NCBI GenBank assembly: GCA_043228905.1
Contig: JBHGNT010000006.1
Span: 22,134,001 to 22,198,000 of the forward strand
Source of the DNA: Azolla caroliniana
Lineage: Eukaryota; Plantae; Polypodiophyta
Length of the DNA stretch: 64,000 nucleotides
Direction of reading: 5' to 3'
The position numbers were made by a program, and so were the translations under genes. This document shows, in pieces, positions 26,301-40,100 of the stretch. Below the pieces are notes generated by a model. It was not told the origin of the DNA and made no database searches. It saw nothing but the letters and a program-made list of their open reading frames with translations. Positions within the stretch are counted from its first letter, which is position 1; every line of letters begins with the position of its first letter.

Positions 26301-29300
26301 AAAGGTTTGCCAGTTATGTGCTTGAATGATAGCTTTCACATTTTTCTTTCTAGTTAAGAAAATTGATTTTAGGTTATTGTTACCATTTGTTATAGACAGA
26401 CATATCAGAGGAAGATATCTGAACTGAAAAAGGAATTAGCCTTTCAAGATGCACTTAATGGTCACAGTGACGTTCCACATGATGATATCATGTAAGTATT
26501 TTGAATGTGAGGAAAGCTAGCTATAAATGAATGTGTAGCATATTTTTAAATAAAGAGAAGTTAAGACAAATGTGCAAGTCCCTGCATGCAAATGTTAATA
26601 ATGGATAAATCACTTCTGGTTAAGCTTTGGATGAGCAAATTCAGTTCCCACGATCAGGGATCAAACCTGAATATTTGTTTTTCAAGCTATTAAATGTTAG
26701 TTCTTGGAGGCTAGAATTAAATATTTTCTTTCATTAATTGTATCAATGAGGTAACATAAACAGCTGTAATGTTTGTAGATGATTATGATCTTTAAGAAAC
26801 ATTACTATCTTTCTTTCTTTCATGTTTCTTGCTTCTTTCTATTGCATGATCTAGGCATGAGTTACCTAAGCAGTCATAGACTTTTCTGCAATATCTTTCC
26901 AAAGTAGAGAAGTCTTGCAGGACCCTTATAATCATCATATCAAGGTATATTTTATTGGACATTGTAAGGAGTTGATATTTAGTGGTAACTAATGTTATAG
27001 CATATACTAGTAAAGAACTCTCTAGAGATGGCAGAAATAGGCATGAAAAAGTTAGGAATGGAAAGGCTGAAGATACCTTGTATATATTTTCATGGGAGAT
27101 GTTAAAATGGGATTGTAAACTTTCAAGCTAAATGGATACATGTAACAATGAATCAAAATTTTCAATGTGGGTTTTCCCAAGATTGACAAACCAATTGGAC
27201 CAAATCTTTCTGGAAAGGTAATGATTTTATGAAACAAATTTAGCAGCACTGTTAAAATATCATGATGGGATATAGTGTGTCAAATTCTTTATTTAGCACG
27301 ATCGTCGAGGAAAAGACAGCCAATTCTACAATGGAAATCGTAATAGATAGTATTAGTCCATGTGCAGGGAGTGGACGACGTTTGTATAATCGTGATCCAT
27401 AGACTTCTGTATCTTTATGAGTTGTTATAAAATAGAAGAATACATCGATAAAATTCCTAGCTCTCCTAAATTACTACCTATTATTCTTGTGTTATTGTGA
27501 ATAATTGGCTAGTTATGTTGTATACAACTATTTCTGTAAAAACTTTTCCTTTGTGATTACTTGTATTAATGCGAGGTTGCTGTAATGATATTTAAAGAAA
27601 CATATTAAAGCATATATTTGCAGAGAGGAGAGAAGAGATGATCTAAAGAACAAAGTTGAGGCCTTCCTTTCTGAAAAGGAACCTGTCGATTGTATTCCCA
27701 TCGAGAGCTTGACACAAGTCTCTTTAACTTTCTTTATTTTTTAAGTTTTTATTTCAATATGAGATATAAAATTTTAAGGAGCAGTTATTCACTTTAATAA
27801 TGTTTCTGAACAGAAAGGGTATGTGCTCTATTAATACCAAAACCTCTATTTATATTTGCACCAGATTATCCTAAATCCTTAAGTGGCCACGGTTTCCGTT
27901 GTATAGCCTTTCCAAAGACCTGACATAAGTGAAGCACAACCCTCCTTAGCCTCCCATTATTCATATAATGTATGATTCGTACATTAATTCTCAAGAACTA
28001 AAGCGCTTCAAATGAAAAGTGGAGGAGAATTTCATACTATGGTTGATTTGTAGGTAGGTTGCATACTAGAGTGAGTATGAGTCAAGTCATGTTTCCATCT
28101 CAATTAAGTTTGGGAGTTTATTTGGTTATTTGGGTTTGTATTGCAGCCTCTTCAAAGGCAGTAGCGATATTCTTTGCATGGGTCAGGTTTTGGGTTTTGT
28201 GGACAATATGAATATCTCTCAGCCAACTGTGCAGTGGTGAACCTATTTTTTGATGCAGAACACTTCTCAAACAAACTTTTCATGCTTGCTATGTCTCAAA
28301 AGATAGAAAGGAGCATATAAATATGCCTCTGCTTATTTGAATGTTTCTATTTTGCAGACAAATATACTGAGTGACCTACTGGTCATTTCATTGTTATCAT
28401 TTTTTGTGGGGCTTCACCTTACTTTTAAGGTTATAATGCATTACAAAAAAGAAGAATGTGAGTCTGATCTCAAGGTTTGTGCCAGTGTAATGTAGTTATG
28501 AAGCCATATTTCTTGATTGCCCAATGAAAATGGGTCAGTTATTTCTGCAGAATCAGAAAATGTTTGGACCTATGCTGTCTCTATTGTTGTTTGTTGTGGA
28601 CAACTACAGAATAGAAACTTGTGGTATAGGTCATTGATGCTTTCATACACCACGCCTCTCCATGATCAAATGTAATGATTGTGCACCGATGTTGTTTATT
28701 TGTTTGACAGGTCAAAGAGACGTTCTACTTATTCAAGGAGGCACAAATACAGCTTCAGGCACAGGTTGATTTAAACACTAGGTTTTAGGTTGGTTTTAAT
28801 AAAGGAATTTCTTTTGAGAAATTTTAGGTTCAAGTCTAGGGAGACATACCCCTAAATTTTTTGGATATCCACCAGAATACTTGTCAGCTTCCTAACTACT
28901 GGGATACCTTCATCATTGCAATATACATCTGTAGAAGATTATTCTTGTAGATAGCTGCAAGGTTTAGGGTATTTTGGTGGTTCCCCCAATAGTTCAAAAT
29001 GGCCAGAAGATTTAAAATCTTTGGCCAACTTCTATGAATGTGTTCATGTTTGCACCCAACTAGCAAATTGCAATTATTAAAGTTGATGAATACTTGGTTT
29101 GAAATCCTGTGTATGATAATAACAATGTCCAGATTCTAATGAAAAAAGTATTCACTTAGATGGAAGAGTTACGCAAACAGAATAGCACCTCAGAAGTACT
29201 ACAAGAAAACCAAACGAGTGGCATTGATAATAAACATGATGTTGATGATCTGGAAAATCAGGTGAGCTAAGCAAAATCAAAGAGTAATTCTGCACATAAT

Positions 29301-30563
29301 TTTTGGTATATAATGAATTTCTTAAATAACAGGAATCTTCTGATGAGGTCGCAACTTTGAATTTGAAACCTGCAACAACTGTGGACAATACTACAGAAAA
29401 TGAAGAGAGAAGTAATTATGGAGTGGATTACAAGAAGAGAAACACGGTGACTGTTTACCTTTTGGTATTAAGGGAAGATTTTAAAAGACATGTATGCCAA
29501 CCTTATGTTTTGTGAACGTTTGAAGCCAACTTATTTTGCTTGAATTATAGGCATTCCTTGAATTCAAGCATACATCACCTGAAGGCATGGAGCATTCATG
29601 TTTTCTCAAGGGGAGAAAGGCTGAAATAAAGTAGGAAAGAAACTTTGGGTTTTTTTATGCAATTATGAAAAAGCACCCATCAGATTGACTTTTTGTTTTC
29701 TTCTTGTCATTGTTTTTGTATCTAATAGGGAGAAGAAACTTTTCGTGCAAAAGGCATACGACCGGATGAAAGAATGCAGAAGAGAAATCCATGAAATGAA
29801 TGTAAGACCTGCTTTCCTTCTCTTCCATTCCCCCAGCCAATGGACGGAAAAGAAGTATATACTTCATGTATGATATACATATTTGATGAGCAAACATCAT
29901 TTTTGACATTTGCATGGTTTCTAATGTTTTTATTCACATGGGATAAATTGTATGGTTTAGATTCTTTATGCTTTGTATAATTTGCGTGCTACTAAAAAAA
30001 ATTGTCACACGAGCAAAACATTACTTTCAGTTTTTACCTTAATGATGATTAATTATGGCTGGCTATACAATTGTTATCACCAGTGCCTACTTGTTGAAGA
30101 TGGAACTTCTGAGATGACATCGTCTGAAGAAAATGAAGCTAATGCAACAAAGGTTATTGAACAACAAGAACTTCAAGCAAGGTAGTCTGTTAACTTGAAA
30201 TTTTCCAAATTCGTGCATGTTGGCAATTATAATTATATAATGCATATTATGGTAAGATTATCGCTAAACAAAACAAACTAAGTTAGTGATTGCACAGGCT
30301 TAAGAATGCCAAGGAAGATTATCAAAAGTGTCTCTCGGAGCTTACATTTCTGAAAAATGAAATAAAATCACTACGGAAGGAGGTAGGAATTCTTATACAA
30401 ATCACAAAAATGTGGAAAACAATGTCATGTTATCATGTTTATAAACATCTTGACAGTAAATTGTTGTCACCTTGAACAGATATTGGAGTGCCAAGAAAGT
30501 CTTCTCGATAGATTTTTCAAATGGTATAGAGAATACGAGGGAAATAAAAATATAGTTATTTAG
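17371..30563 (+). CDS. Kinesin-9 family motor (KIF6/KIF9/KLP1-like), about 642 aa, 17 coding exons
   Basis: Exons 17371-17547, 17695-17832, 17927-18043, 24881-25063, 25190-25387, 25518-25664, 26216-26304, 26396-26491, 27624-27717, 28711-28764, 29160-29261, 29333-29446, 29551-29630, 29729-29801, 30084-30181, 30298-30382 and 30480-30563 join in frame (1929 nt). Motor motifs: [72 protein letters not shown]. Kinesin-9 hallmarks: [24 protein letters not shown]. Probable non-coding first exon ends at 16793. The last exon is the least certain. Confidence 0.85.
19075..19530 (+). repeat. 5' LTR of the Copia element
   Basis: TGTTGG...CTCACA; TATA tataaata near 19334; direct repeat of 23903-24358. Confidence 0.95.
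19531..19542 (+). promoter_or_regulatory. Primer binding site (tRNA-iMet)
   Basis: TGGTATCAGAGC immediately after the 5' LTR. Confidence 0.95.
19762..23895 (+). pseudogene. Copia gag-pol polyprotein with one in-frame nonsense codon (TGA 21439-21441)
   Basis: Gag, CCHC knuckle [14 protein letters not shown], protease [11 protein letters not shown]-pre-integrase LWHARFGH, integrase ([29 protein letters not shown]), RT ([15 protein letters not shown]) and RNaseH ([16 protein letters not shown]). ORFs 19762-21441 and 21502-23895 share one frame; TGA replaces the conserved Trp of SHKVW-VYFL. Confidence 0.92.
23903..24358 (+). repeat. 3' LTR of the Copia element
   Basis: Direct repeat of the 5' LTR, preceded by the PPT and followed by TSD aaatt. 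Confidence 0.95.
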
Positions 30564-30849
30564 CCATTGAATATAAAGTCCTTCGCTTTTGCCTTTTGAA
30601 ATCCAATGTAAAGATTTTCATTTTTTGAAGGCATGTCAAGTGTATCAAGACTCACATGCTTAGAAAATCAACACCCTTTTGCGTACACTTACAACCTTAA
30701 GTTGTTGAGAACATCTTGTATCTATTTCTAATTTCATTAAATAAATACACAAAAATGCATTAGAAAAGTAGAACTAAGAGTCTTCTATTTCAAGGATGTA
30801 ACTCTTTTTAAGTTTCTAGACATATTTGACATTGTTTCTAGTGCCATCA

Positions 30850-32878
30850 TATAGAACGATGAGATGGCATAAACTTATCAGGGATAATTACAATGTTCTC
30901 AGGCGGATCCTTATAGATAATAGGCAATCGTCGAATCCTAGCCAACACCAACCTTTGCACCTTCCATATGATGAGTGAAGGGTGTAAGCACCATTGATTT
31001 CTATATTCATAATTACAATATTATTACTTATGCCTCAAATGCAAGAATGTAACGAGTCGGCAATTCATAGCCACATCACCTTCTATCTTTGTAGGCATCC
31101 CACTTGCCCTAGTGATTCACCACCCCATGATAATTCATATCCAAATTAAGATTGACCCAATTTCTTGAAATGTAAATCCTTGCAAATGAACTCTCTTGCA
31201 AAAAATGCAAAATTTTGCTTGTAATGTGTGTTGCCTCTTATCCTTGGATGGGCACGTAGACTTCGACAAAATGTATATTCTTGATTTCATTTTTACAATG
31301 TGCCTTGTTCTTGTGTTTGTACCTTATAGATCTTTTCCACCTATAATCCTCTTAATAAGCTTCAAACCCTTGACCTTCTTATTCAAGTCTTTAAATCTCA
31401 ACTTTTGGCATATGTTTTGTCATTCTACTAATTATCTCCTTAGTTTTTTCTTCAATAACCTTTTTATCTAGAACCTTGGCCTTCTAATGCTTCTCCTTTT
31501 ACATTTGCCACATCACAACAACATTCATTGATCATTGGTCTTGTTCCATTTGGCTAGCTCATCTCAAGACTAACACTACTCCTATCATACATCTTTGTGT
31601 TATTCTCTAAACGACTTTTCTTGTCTCATTCTTCACCCACTCAATGACCATGTTTTTTCTTATCCCTCTTTTTTTCTTGCCTCTTTACTAATGTTATCTT
31701 CATGGGCTGTAATAATAGCACCCTACCCAATGCAACAACGATGATGATGACCAATGGCAGTTACATACTCCTTTGAAATGAAGAATTAATAAACGGTATT
31801 CGAATATCACTAATGCTAGTATCATAGCATTTCTTACTTAGTGACAAAACCTCATTGTATTCCTCTTGACTGGAGATCACCTCAAAGGGCCGATGAGAGC
31901 ACAATGTTAATATCATACCATGAGGTGGGAGAGAGCACAAAATCAAATCACAATCTTTCATTAAACCTCTTGGTGGTTGCCATGTCATTAAAATACCACC
32001 ACCAACATCATTGGGGTTGCTAACAACTTATACCAAACTCGAGACGTGCAACCGTTTGGTCTTGAAGGCATGTACATGCATCTCTATCTACAAATGATTA
32101 ACCTTGGAGACATCACCATCATGATCTACGTTGTTGCATTCACATTAAAAGGTTGTGGTTTATCGCACATGGTTTGTGAGAAAATAAGAAAACAATAAAG
32201 CTAGAGAGCCACACAATATGGTCTTTCTATTTGAAATGAATAAAGCTCTATAGCTATAAACCATTGGACTTTAATAGGCTTTCGACATGTGGACATTATA
32301 TAAATCATGATAGCATGAAAAGCCACAGTAACACATTCATTTGAAGTCCAAGTTGAGGAGCATATTCATTATAAAGACTTGGAACATTACCATTCTAAAA
32401 CTATGTACAAGATAGATTCCCAACTCCCAATGGTATTAATAAATCTTACATAAACAAGCACAACTTCATCAAGTGGTTTCTTTGGAATAAAATAAAATAA
32501 AATAACTTAAATTGTAAAGAAACTACAAAAGTCAACTTCCTTCTTGCACTCCTTGGTTTCCTAAGATAGAGCCAACAATTCTCTAATCTCTATTTGTCTT
32601 CCTCACCTATATATCTATCTTAAGCAAAGTGCTCAAGTCTTAAGTACATACCCTTTCCTAAGTACTTGAGAAATTCCTGTATTAAGCGTTGTGGTGATAT
32701 TTCATTTAAGTGTGTTGCCTTTGTCTATCATATTTTCATATTGTTTTACTTATTAAACACATTGATTGAGTCTTTGGGTTTGAGCGCATCTTCTTGATTA
32801 AGGAAATGAGTGAGTAATGAAGTGCTCATTTACTTAACTTAATCATGTTGACACCAATATCTTCTCATGTTGCTTACA
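30850..32878 (-). mobile_element. Possible highly degenerate LTR-retrotransposon remnant (LTR-like 32175-32878 plus internal sequence)
   Basis: TG...CA-bounded block (tgtgagaaaataag...ttgcttaca) next to decayed coding-like sequence; no TSD or clear motif. Confidence 0.3.
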
Positions 32879-33939
32879 ATATTATAGATGTCAATGCAAG
32901 CTCATTTAATGATCTTGACATAGAGAAAGAACTCGACTGAGAATGACGTGTGTTCTTGATTTTCATCTTCTTTTTCTTAGGAAAAAGACAACGTTTAGAC
33001 AAAATGGAAAGGATAGAAATTTGGATCAATCATTCCTTCAAAAGAATATTGATGGTTTCTGCTTGCTGATTGATTTATGGTAAAGGAGATTAAAATCATG
33101 CCCACGTTGAAATGATCAAGAAGTACTAACTTGGCACATCCTCTCTTAATGTTGAAAATGTTATAGCATGTAATAAGATAAATTGATCATAGTTTTGAAT
33201 TTGCATGTTGTGGAAGAACATATTCAAATAAAAGAGCTATGATTTCTTTCTATAATGGATATATATTGATGTCATTTGCCTATAAGGAGCATTAAGTGTG
33301 AAGATAAAGATGTAATCATGCTTGTAACATCTAATTAAATTGATAGGTGAATATTTCCAAACATTGTACACATAATAGTAGAAGTTTGATTGCCTTGGGG
33401 AATATATATTGGAAAGTGATCACTCAAAATTATTCGGTCTCCCAATAGTAAAGATAATTTGTTTCATTGTAAAATATATGAATCATGATGAAGAGAGAAG
33501 ATCAATTGTTTCCAAGTAAAAGTTGATGGTTAAGTGGATACAAATAGACAATTAAAATATCAATATGAGTTAAATGATGGTTTAAAGGAATATGGGTGAA
33601 GGGTTTACTATATGATCAATTCATCCCCTTATTTTGGTATTTGGGGGGGGTTTACCAATGTCGCTTGTAAATCTACAATTAAGTTCACCCTCATTTACTC
33701 AACGATAAGTGGTAGCCGATGATAGTTCATTTAAGTCTCTCTTTTGGGGCTTTTGGGTGGACCTCGGAGATACGAGAACATTGAGGCAATCATGAAGATA
33801 AAAAGAGCTATTTGAGCAAGTTTGCATCGAAATTCATCGTGTAGCTCGAGCGAATTCTAGGTCGAAATTCTTCCCCCATTCCTAAAGGAGTGACAACACC
33901 TAAAAGTCATTCTCTTTTCGTGTGGAGGGCTTTGGACAA

Positions 33940-34080
33940 GGGTATTCTGGAAACCAGACAAAACATAGGGGCATTTAGGGAAATAATGAAAATATAGGGG
34001 CATTTAGGGAAGTAATCAAAAGACAGGGGCATTTGGGGAAATAATGAAACATATAGGGGTATTCTGGGAAATAAAGAAAA
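33940..34080. repeat. About 28-bp tandem repeat x4-5 in the GEX2-like promoter region
   Basis: Unit ataggggcatttagggaaataatgaaa repeated, ending about 100 bp before ATG 34174. Confidence 0.8.
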
Positions 34081-34173
34081 ACGACGCAGAAGTAGTTAGC
34101 TCTCATTATCTGTCTGTTCTCTGTCACAGCGCGAGCTCCTCCTGCGGCCTGCCTTCTCTTCTCTTCGATCGCG

Positions 34174-37100
34174 ATGGCCTGTTCGCGTGCACCCCTTCCT
34201 CCTCACGCTCTCCTCGTTTTCCTTCTCGCCATGCCGCTATATTGGCATCTCGGTCAGAATCTCTCTTCCTCTCTCGTGAATGCCTCTCTGTCTAATAATT
34301 TCATGGAAATTATTACCATTAGTCGTTGTTTTTCTCGAGAAAATCTCATCCATAGTTCTCGTTAAATCGCTTTTTCTTTCCAAGAATTAGCTGAGAATAA
34401 CAGATCACTCAAACGGTGAAAATTAAACAGTTTTTTGTGAGACATCACCATTAAAGAAAGGAAGATACCCATTTACACATGTACACGCATACGTACGCTT
34501 AAACATACATACATGCGTACACAAATACGTGCATAACATGCATTCATCCATCAAGACATGCATACACTCATGCATGCATAGCATATATACGTAACATATA
34601 TCCATCCATCCATCCATATATTTATATCTTCTCTTTACAATTTTCACAAACGGAGCAAATTTGTCAGGTGGAACCATATAAGTTCTGTAGAAAATTCCTA
34701 TAAGTTTGTGATGCTTTTTTCGAAATTCCTAGAATTTCACGCATGGAAAGGAAACTGAACACTGCCTCAGGGTTTCCGATGAAGAATGAATAATGTGGAA
34801 AAATAAATGGGACACTATTTGTAATCAATAATGAAGATGATATGTGTAGTCAATGATGATGATAAAACTGGTTTCAGGAGTTACGTTGATGGAGTAATCC
34901 TTTTAGTTGACTCACATCGAAGGTCTACATGTACACCAGCTTATCTATGACTATTATATATTATTAACCTTCCTCGTTCACACCTAAGAAGTTGGATAAG
35001 CAAGTAAGGCCAATGTCTAGAGAATAGAGTGATGTGCCATGAGTCATGACATAGTCTATGGAGAAATTTTAGAATATCTCCCTTCCCTTATGTGAGACTT
35101 GACAATGTAGTATATGAGAACAGTTTGTGTACAGTAAACTTTCAAGAACATTTTATTGCATAAAAGTTGATTTGGGGAAATAATGCTCCACACTTTGATA
35201 ATCAGTGGTTTTATGGCCATGTGCTAATGATATACAGCTCAAACTGCAAACATAAGCCCCAGATGTACAAGGAGCAGCCTCTCAAAAACATCTGTAAATA
35301 AAATTTATGAAGGAATTCAATTCAATTTTTCTATTGAAGCCTTCAAATATGGATGTGAAACATCACCCTGCATTGGAGCATTAGAATGTAGCCTAAGCTG
35401 TGGACAATGTGCACATTACTCTGGAGCTCCTTCCTTGAGTTTCAATGTCGTTAATAAGTTAACTGGATCAGTTTTACCAAATGTAACATGCCAAGTAGGA
35501 AGTGCTAGTACAGGGATGTACCCAATTTCTTGTCGTGTTACAAACTCTATGGCAAGCAATAGTACACTATACAGAATGGATATATTGTCAGTTGAAAATC
35601 CAGCAGTTCCGGACCGACTAGGAGAAACACCTGCGACAATGGTTTTGCTTCCAGGTATAATGAGTGTGGTTTCAAAAGGAATCCAAGATTGCCTTACTTC
35701 CATTAATCTTAATATATGAATGTTTCAACAAAGCTGTAAACATCCGTCATAAGGCTGTACTTCATTAAAAGTGTACTATGGATCTATATTCTTCTATGAG
35801 AATTTGGAGAGTATGAAAGAATTTTGCTCACATTTTCTGTAGGAAATTAATGCTGGACAATGGTTTTCTTGAACTCCAGTAAATGTGTATTGTGATAAGT
35901 AGATATACAGGTGGTATGCTTTCTGATGAACCTTGATATTGACATAAATCTTGGGTTTAATCTGGAGCATTTTTCAGTCATGTAGGGCTTATGTGAATTT
36001 ATAGGATTAACTGATGGGGTTTCCATCAGCTGTCTCTATTTTGTAGTTTCAAAGGAGCTGTAAAAAGTTGGATATAGTAGATTTGTCAAAGTACTTGTTT
36101 CTTGAAACACTAGCAGGAAACAAATGGCCAAAAATGTAGTTTTCCTGAGAACACATAAATGACAACAGATCACGACAATATCAATGTAGGCTTCAAGTTA
36201 GTTTGGAAGAACCTTGAAGCTCATGTTAAAGAACTGTAACTTGAAAGTTCAGCTGAAGATACAAGGCTTAAAGGACGAAAGTTGGGAGATGCTGGTGTAG
36301 ATTGGTTCAAGCTGGAAATTTGGGAGAAAGCAACTTGGTATGGAAACCATAAACTGCCATGGTCTTAGAAAAGCTTAAGTGCAATTGGGAGCTATATACA
36401 AAAAGAGATCAACATAATGGGGAGTCTATAGTATGGAAAGTATTACGAATCAAAATGAATATTTTGATTAAGGAAAAAATGGATCAAGGTGCTTAACCAC
36501 ACTGACTAATCCCAAGTGAAGGACAAGAGATGAACATAAAATACAATTCGTGTCCCATACCACCAACTATTACCTTATGTTATACTGTCGATGTTGAGAT
36601 GAACAGATCCAAATGAAGAGAGCATTTCTCACCAATAGAGTCTCAACAACGTCTCAAGCTGCCGTAATGAAGGGGTAGCGAGTTCCATTTATATATCCCA
36701 ATACCTTAGGTTTCCAGACCAACAGACCACTACGTGTTCCCATGTGTCATAGGTCCTTATGGTTTTGTCCTAAGTCCTAGGATAACTGGTTTCTCACTTA
36801 CACATCCCTGAAACCATTAAAATTAGCATTATGTTATGCCTATATCAGAAATGCTGAAATGTCAAGTAAATAATCAATTATGATAATAGTTCAAACACAT
36901 GGGAATTTGCGAACGTAGTTTCTCCAAATATTGATAAGTGCCTATATCGGGTTTCATTTTTATTTTATTGAGGGCCATATTGCATGACATTACAATCCAC
37001 TACCATGGTTTCTTATATAGAATTCATCTCTACCACCTTCCTTCACTTCTTTGGCGATTGTATGTCTTTGTATTATTCAGCATTTCCTCAGAATAGGCTA

Positions 37101-40100
37101 CAGGCAAAAAATGAGCAACAAAGACTTGTTTTTTAAGAGAAAAGACCCAACAAGGGTAGCCAACAATGAAAACGTAGTTAAACACTAGAGGAAAAAGTGG
37201 TAATCTAGAAAAGTGCTCATCTCATCAAGATGATTATCAGATGTAATATATCAAAGTGATGAGAAGAATCCCCACGTTTTAGAACTGATGTTGTGGGATT
37301 GATAGATTGTGAAATAAAACTATATTAACAACTTTTAAGAGACCAAAATTGCGTATAAGACTAGAAAAAAGATTTGTAAAGAATCTAACTCTCGTAGAGT
37401 TGGAGTACATATGTGGAAGCGTAGTGTGTGTGTGAGAGTGGGTGTGTTTGCAAGAGAAGGAATCAGAGAAAATAACCAGAAATAATAAAATACACAGTCG
37501 GGGGATGATAGCTTCTTCGCTGAAGAAAGAAAGAAAGAAAGAAATATTAACATCTTTTAAGAGGCCAAAATGGCCTATAAGACCAAATAAGAGATTACAT
37601 CGACTATATTAATCGACTAAAGATCATCAACTAAACCCAATGGGCCAAGGGGATTTTATATAAAAGTCCTCCAGAAACTGCCACATTAAATGTGGTTGGT
37701 GGAATCTAATCAAGATATCCGCTTGAGTACGATTCTATCATAAGAATATATGATATTCTTTGACCACATTTACACTTGACAACTAACTAGATATCACAAT
37801 CAAGTTCTTCGTGTAACTAGATAGTTCACACGGGTTATAGTAAAGTGTGCTCACTGCATTTTTTCATACATCGTGCTTTTCTTCATAAGCACATGTTCAC
37901 CCGTTGAGCTTGATTCTCAACAAGATTGCATAACATTACCTTAGACCGAACCTTCTGACATTGAAGAAATGTCCTATATGAGCCTCTCCAAGATGAAGAG
38001 ATCTTTGAAATGATAGAAGCACCTTTGATGCTGAGTGATAAAGGCCTATATTGTTGATGACAATTATGGTGGGCCTGTGGTTGAGATGGTCTTGTCTATG
38101 TGCATGGCACATTGCTATTGCCCGATCTATTTGCATCCCTTTCGATAACACATAATAGGTCGGAGCTTGTGTATTTGTTATTCTGATTACACCCGAGTAT
38201 GGCAGAATTGGCAGATCCATTCTTCCATAGATTTGTGTTCACATCTTCCTATCTCAAATTCTAACCGATGTGAAAAACAATTTGAGCTGCCTATCAGAGT
38301 AATGGAGAAGAAAAAGTATATATGGATCCTTGAAGAAAAAAGTAAAAGAGCATGGAGTCTGTTTAATGACAGGCAAACTAACAGACATCTGATCTCGAAT
38401 TGCCAAATATGATCTCTTTTTCTTCGTGTGAAGGCGTTGGAAGCATGCCATTATACTCCACAACTATACAAATAAAGTATCTTGCAAATAAATTGGTGTT
38501 TAGCATGCCCAATCTTGTTCTTAGCCTATTTGTCCTTTTGTCATCCATCCATCACATCCTTCACCTTAAAGCATAGATATATGTGATCTACTGTCAAGCC
38601 AAAAGGTCTACTAGAGATAGTGAAATCTGTTATCTCGGGTAGAAGGGATGGAGATCCCTTAATGTAATTGGTTGTTCTTGCATGTCCCTCAGGGTTCCAT
38701 TAATCTTAAAAGCATTAGATCTTGGCCATTATGACAACCATTGTATATCATGAATCCATGTGCATTAGCATGGGCTAGAAAGTGTTTGTCATACTCTGTT
38801 GCACTGCATAAGAGTATGTTTGCATATTCATCCCAATCCTCAGGTGGTTAGTTGTATGCTAGATTGCATGCCATCAAACATTTTCCATGATTGTTTACTT
38901 TCTTCTCAAACATCTATCCTATGCGCTGCATAGTGTGATAGGGCAGCTGCGAACTTCATTACATCAGTTAGAGATTGAGGTAGGCAGATATACACAAATA
39001 CTTCTAGAAGAAAGAATTTGCCAATTATGTCATGCAAGAGTGGAACCTGAAGATCTCTATGTTTGTTACTCTAGTTTTTTATGAAATCAGAGGGAGATAC
39101 CATTGCCTCTTTAAACAAGGCTTTGGTCCACTACGCAATGTAATGGAATATGAGGACCAACGATGCCTAGGACTTTTCTTGCTAGAGCTCAAGAGACATC
39201 GGGAAAAGTTGTTGAAGAATACAACCACACAAGCTCATCCACAAAGAACAATCACAACTTTCTTTAGCCCCATCACTCCTACTAATGCTACAAGTCAATC
39301 ATGGGATACACAAATGGGCTCAAGTCTAGGACATACCAAAGGGGTTACTATTGATCGGGCAAATTTGCCGTGCACATAGGCCCCGGCCCCATGGACCACG
39401 ACCTCGACACCCTTGTCATCGACAGATAAAAACCATTATCTCTTGCCATCGTAGTTGCTTCCCTCGCTTTGGAGACATTTCCATTCTGGATCGAACTATG
39501 TTATAGATCTTTCGAAGACAAAAGCTACAATATACCTAACTTGAGAATCTCACATGTGCCAAAAACCAGATTCCCTCGTTTCTTTTCTTTTCATCTTATT
39601 TACTTTTATATTTATTGTGTAATATTTATTTTATTTTGATTTGTTCCCAAAGACGAGACAACACTTAAGATGTAATCTCTTATTTGGATTTATAGGCCAT
39701 TTTGGCCTCTTAAAAGACGTTAATATATCTTTCTTTCTTTCGAAGGAACAACCAGTAGATCTGCATTAATCTCTTCTTCTTCTTGTGAAGGCATTGGGGA
39801 TTATTCTTGCTTATTTATGTGTATGAATTCCCCAACTTACTTTTCATTTATAACACCTCTTTTTATTATGACATTTTTCATCTTCCCAACTAGTTTGTGG
39901 CTCTATCATGCATGGATGCCTTGCCGATTGTGGTGTTAGGAAAAACATTTGTAGCAGCATAATGAAATTGCTCTAATTGTGTGACTTCCTCTAGAGATAG
40001 TGAAATCATTATCTTTGGTTGAAGGGATACAGATCTCATCAAGTAATCAACCGTGCTTGCACCTCCCTTGGGCTCATTGCTGCATATATTGCAGCATTTT

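Noticed and set aside
32888-32940. Possible extra terminal kinesin exon (..VNASSFNDLDIEKELD*)
   Set aside because: No phase-compatible GT donor found in the preceding exon. An alternative ending via TG|GT at about 30523 to an acceptor at about 30630 is possible but loses the conserved WY.
34460-34625. ATAC/ATGC/ATCC-rich stretch and minus-strand ORF 34423-34677
   Set aside because: Low-complexity simple repeat in intron 1.
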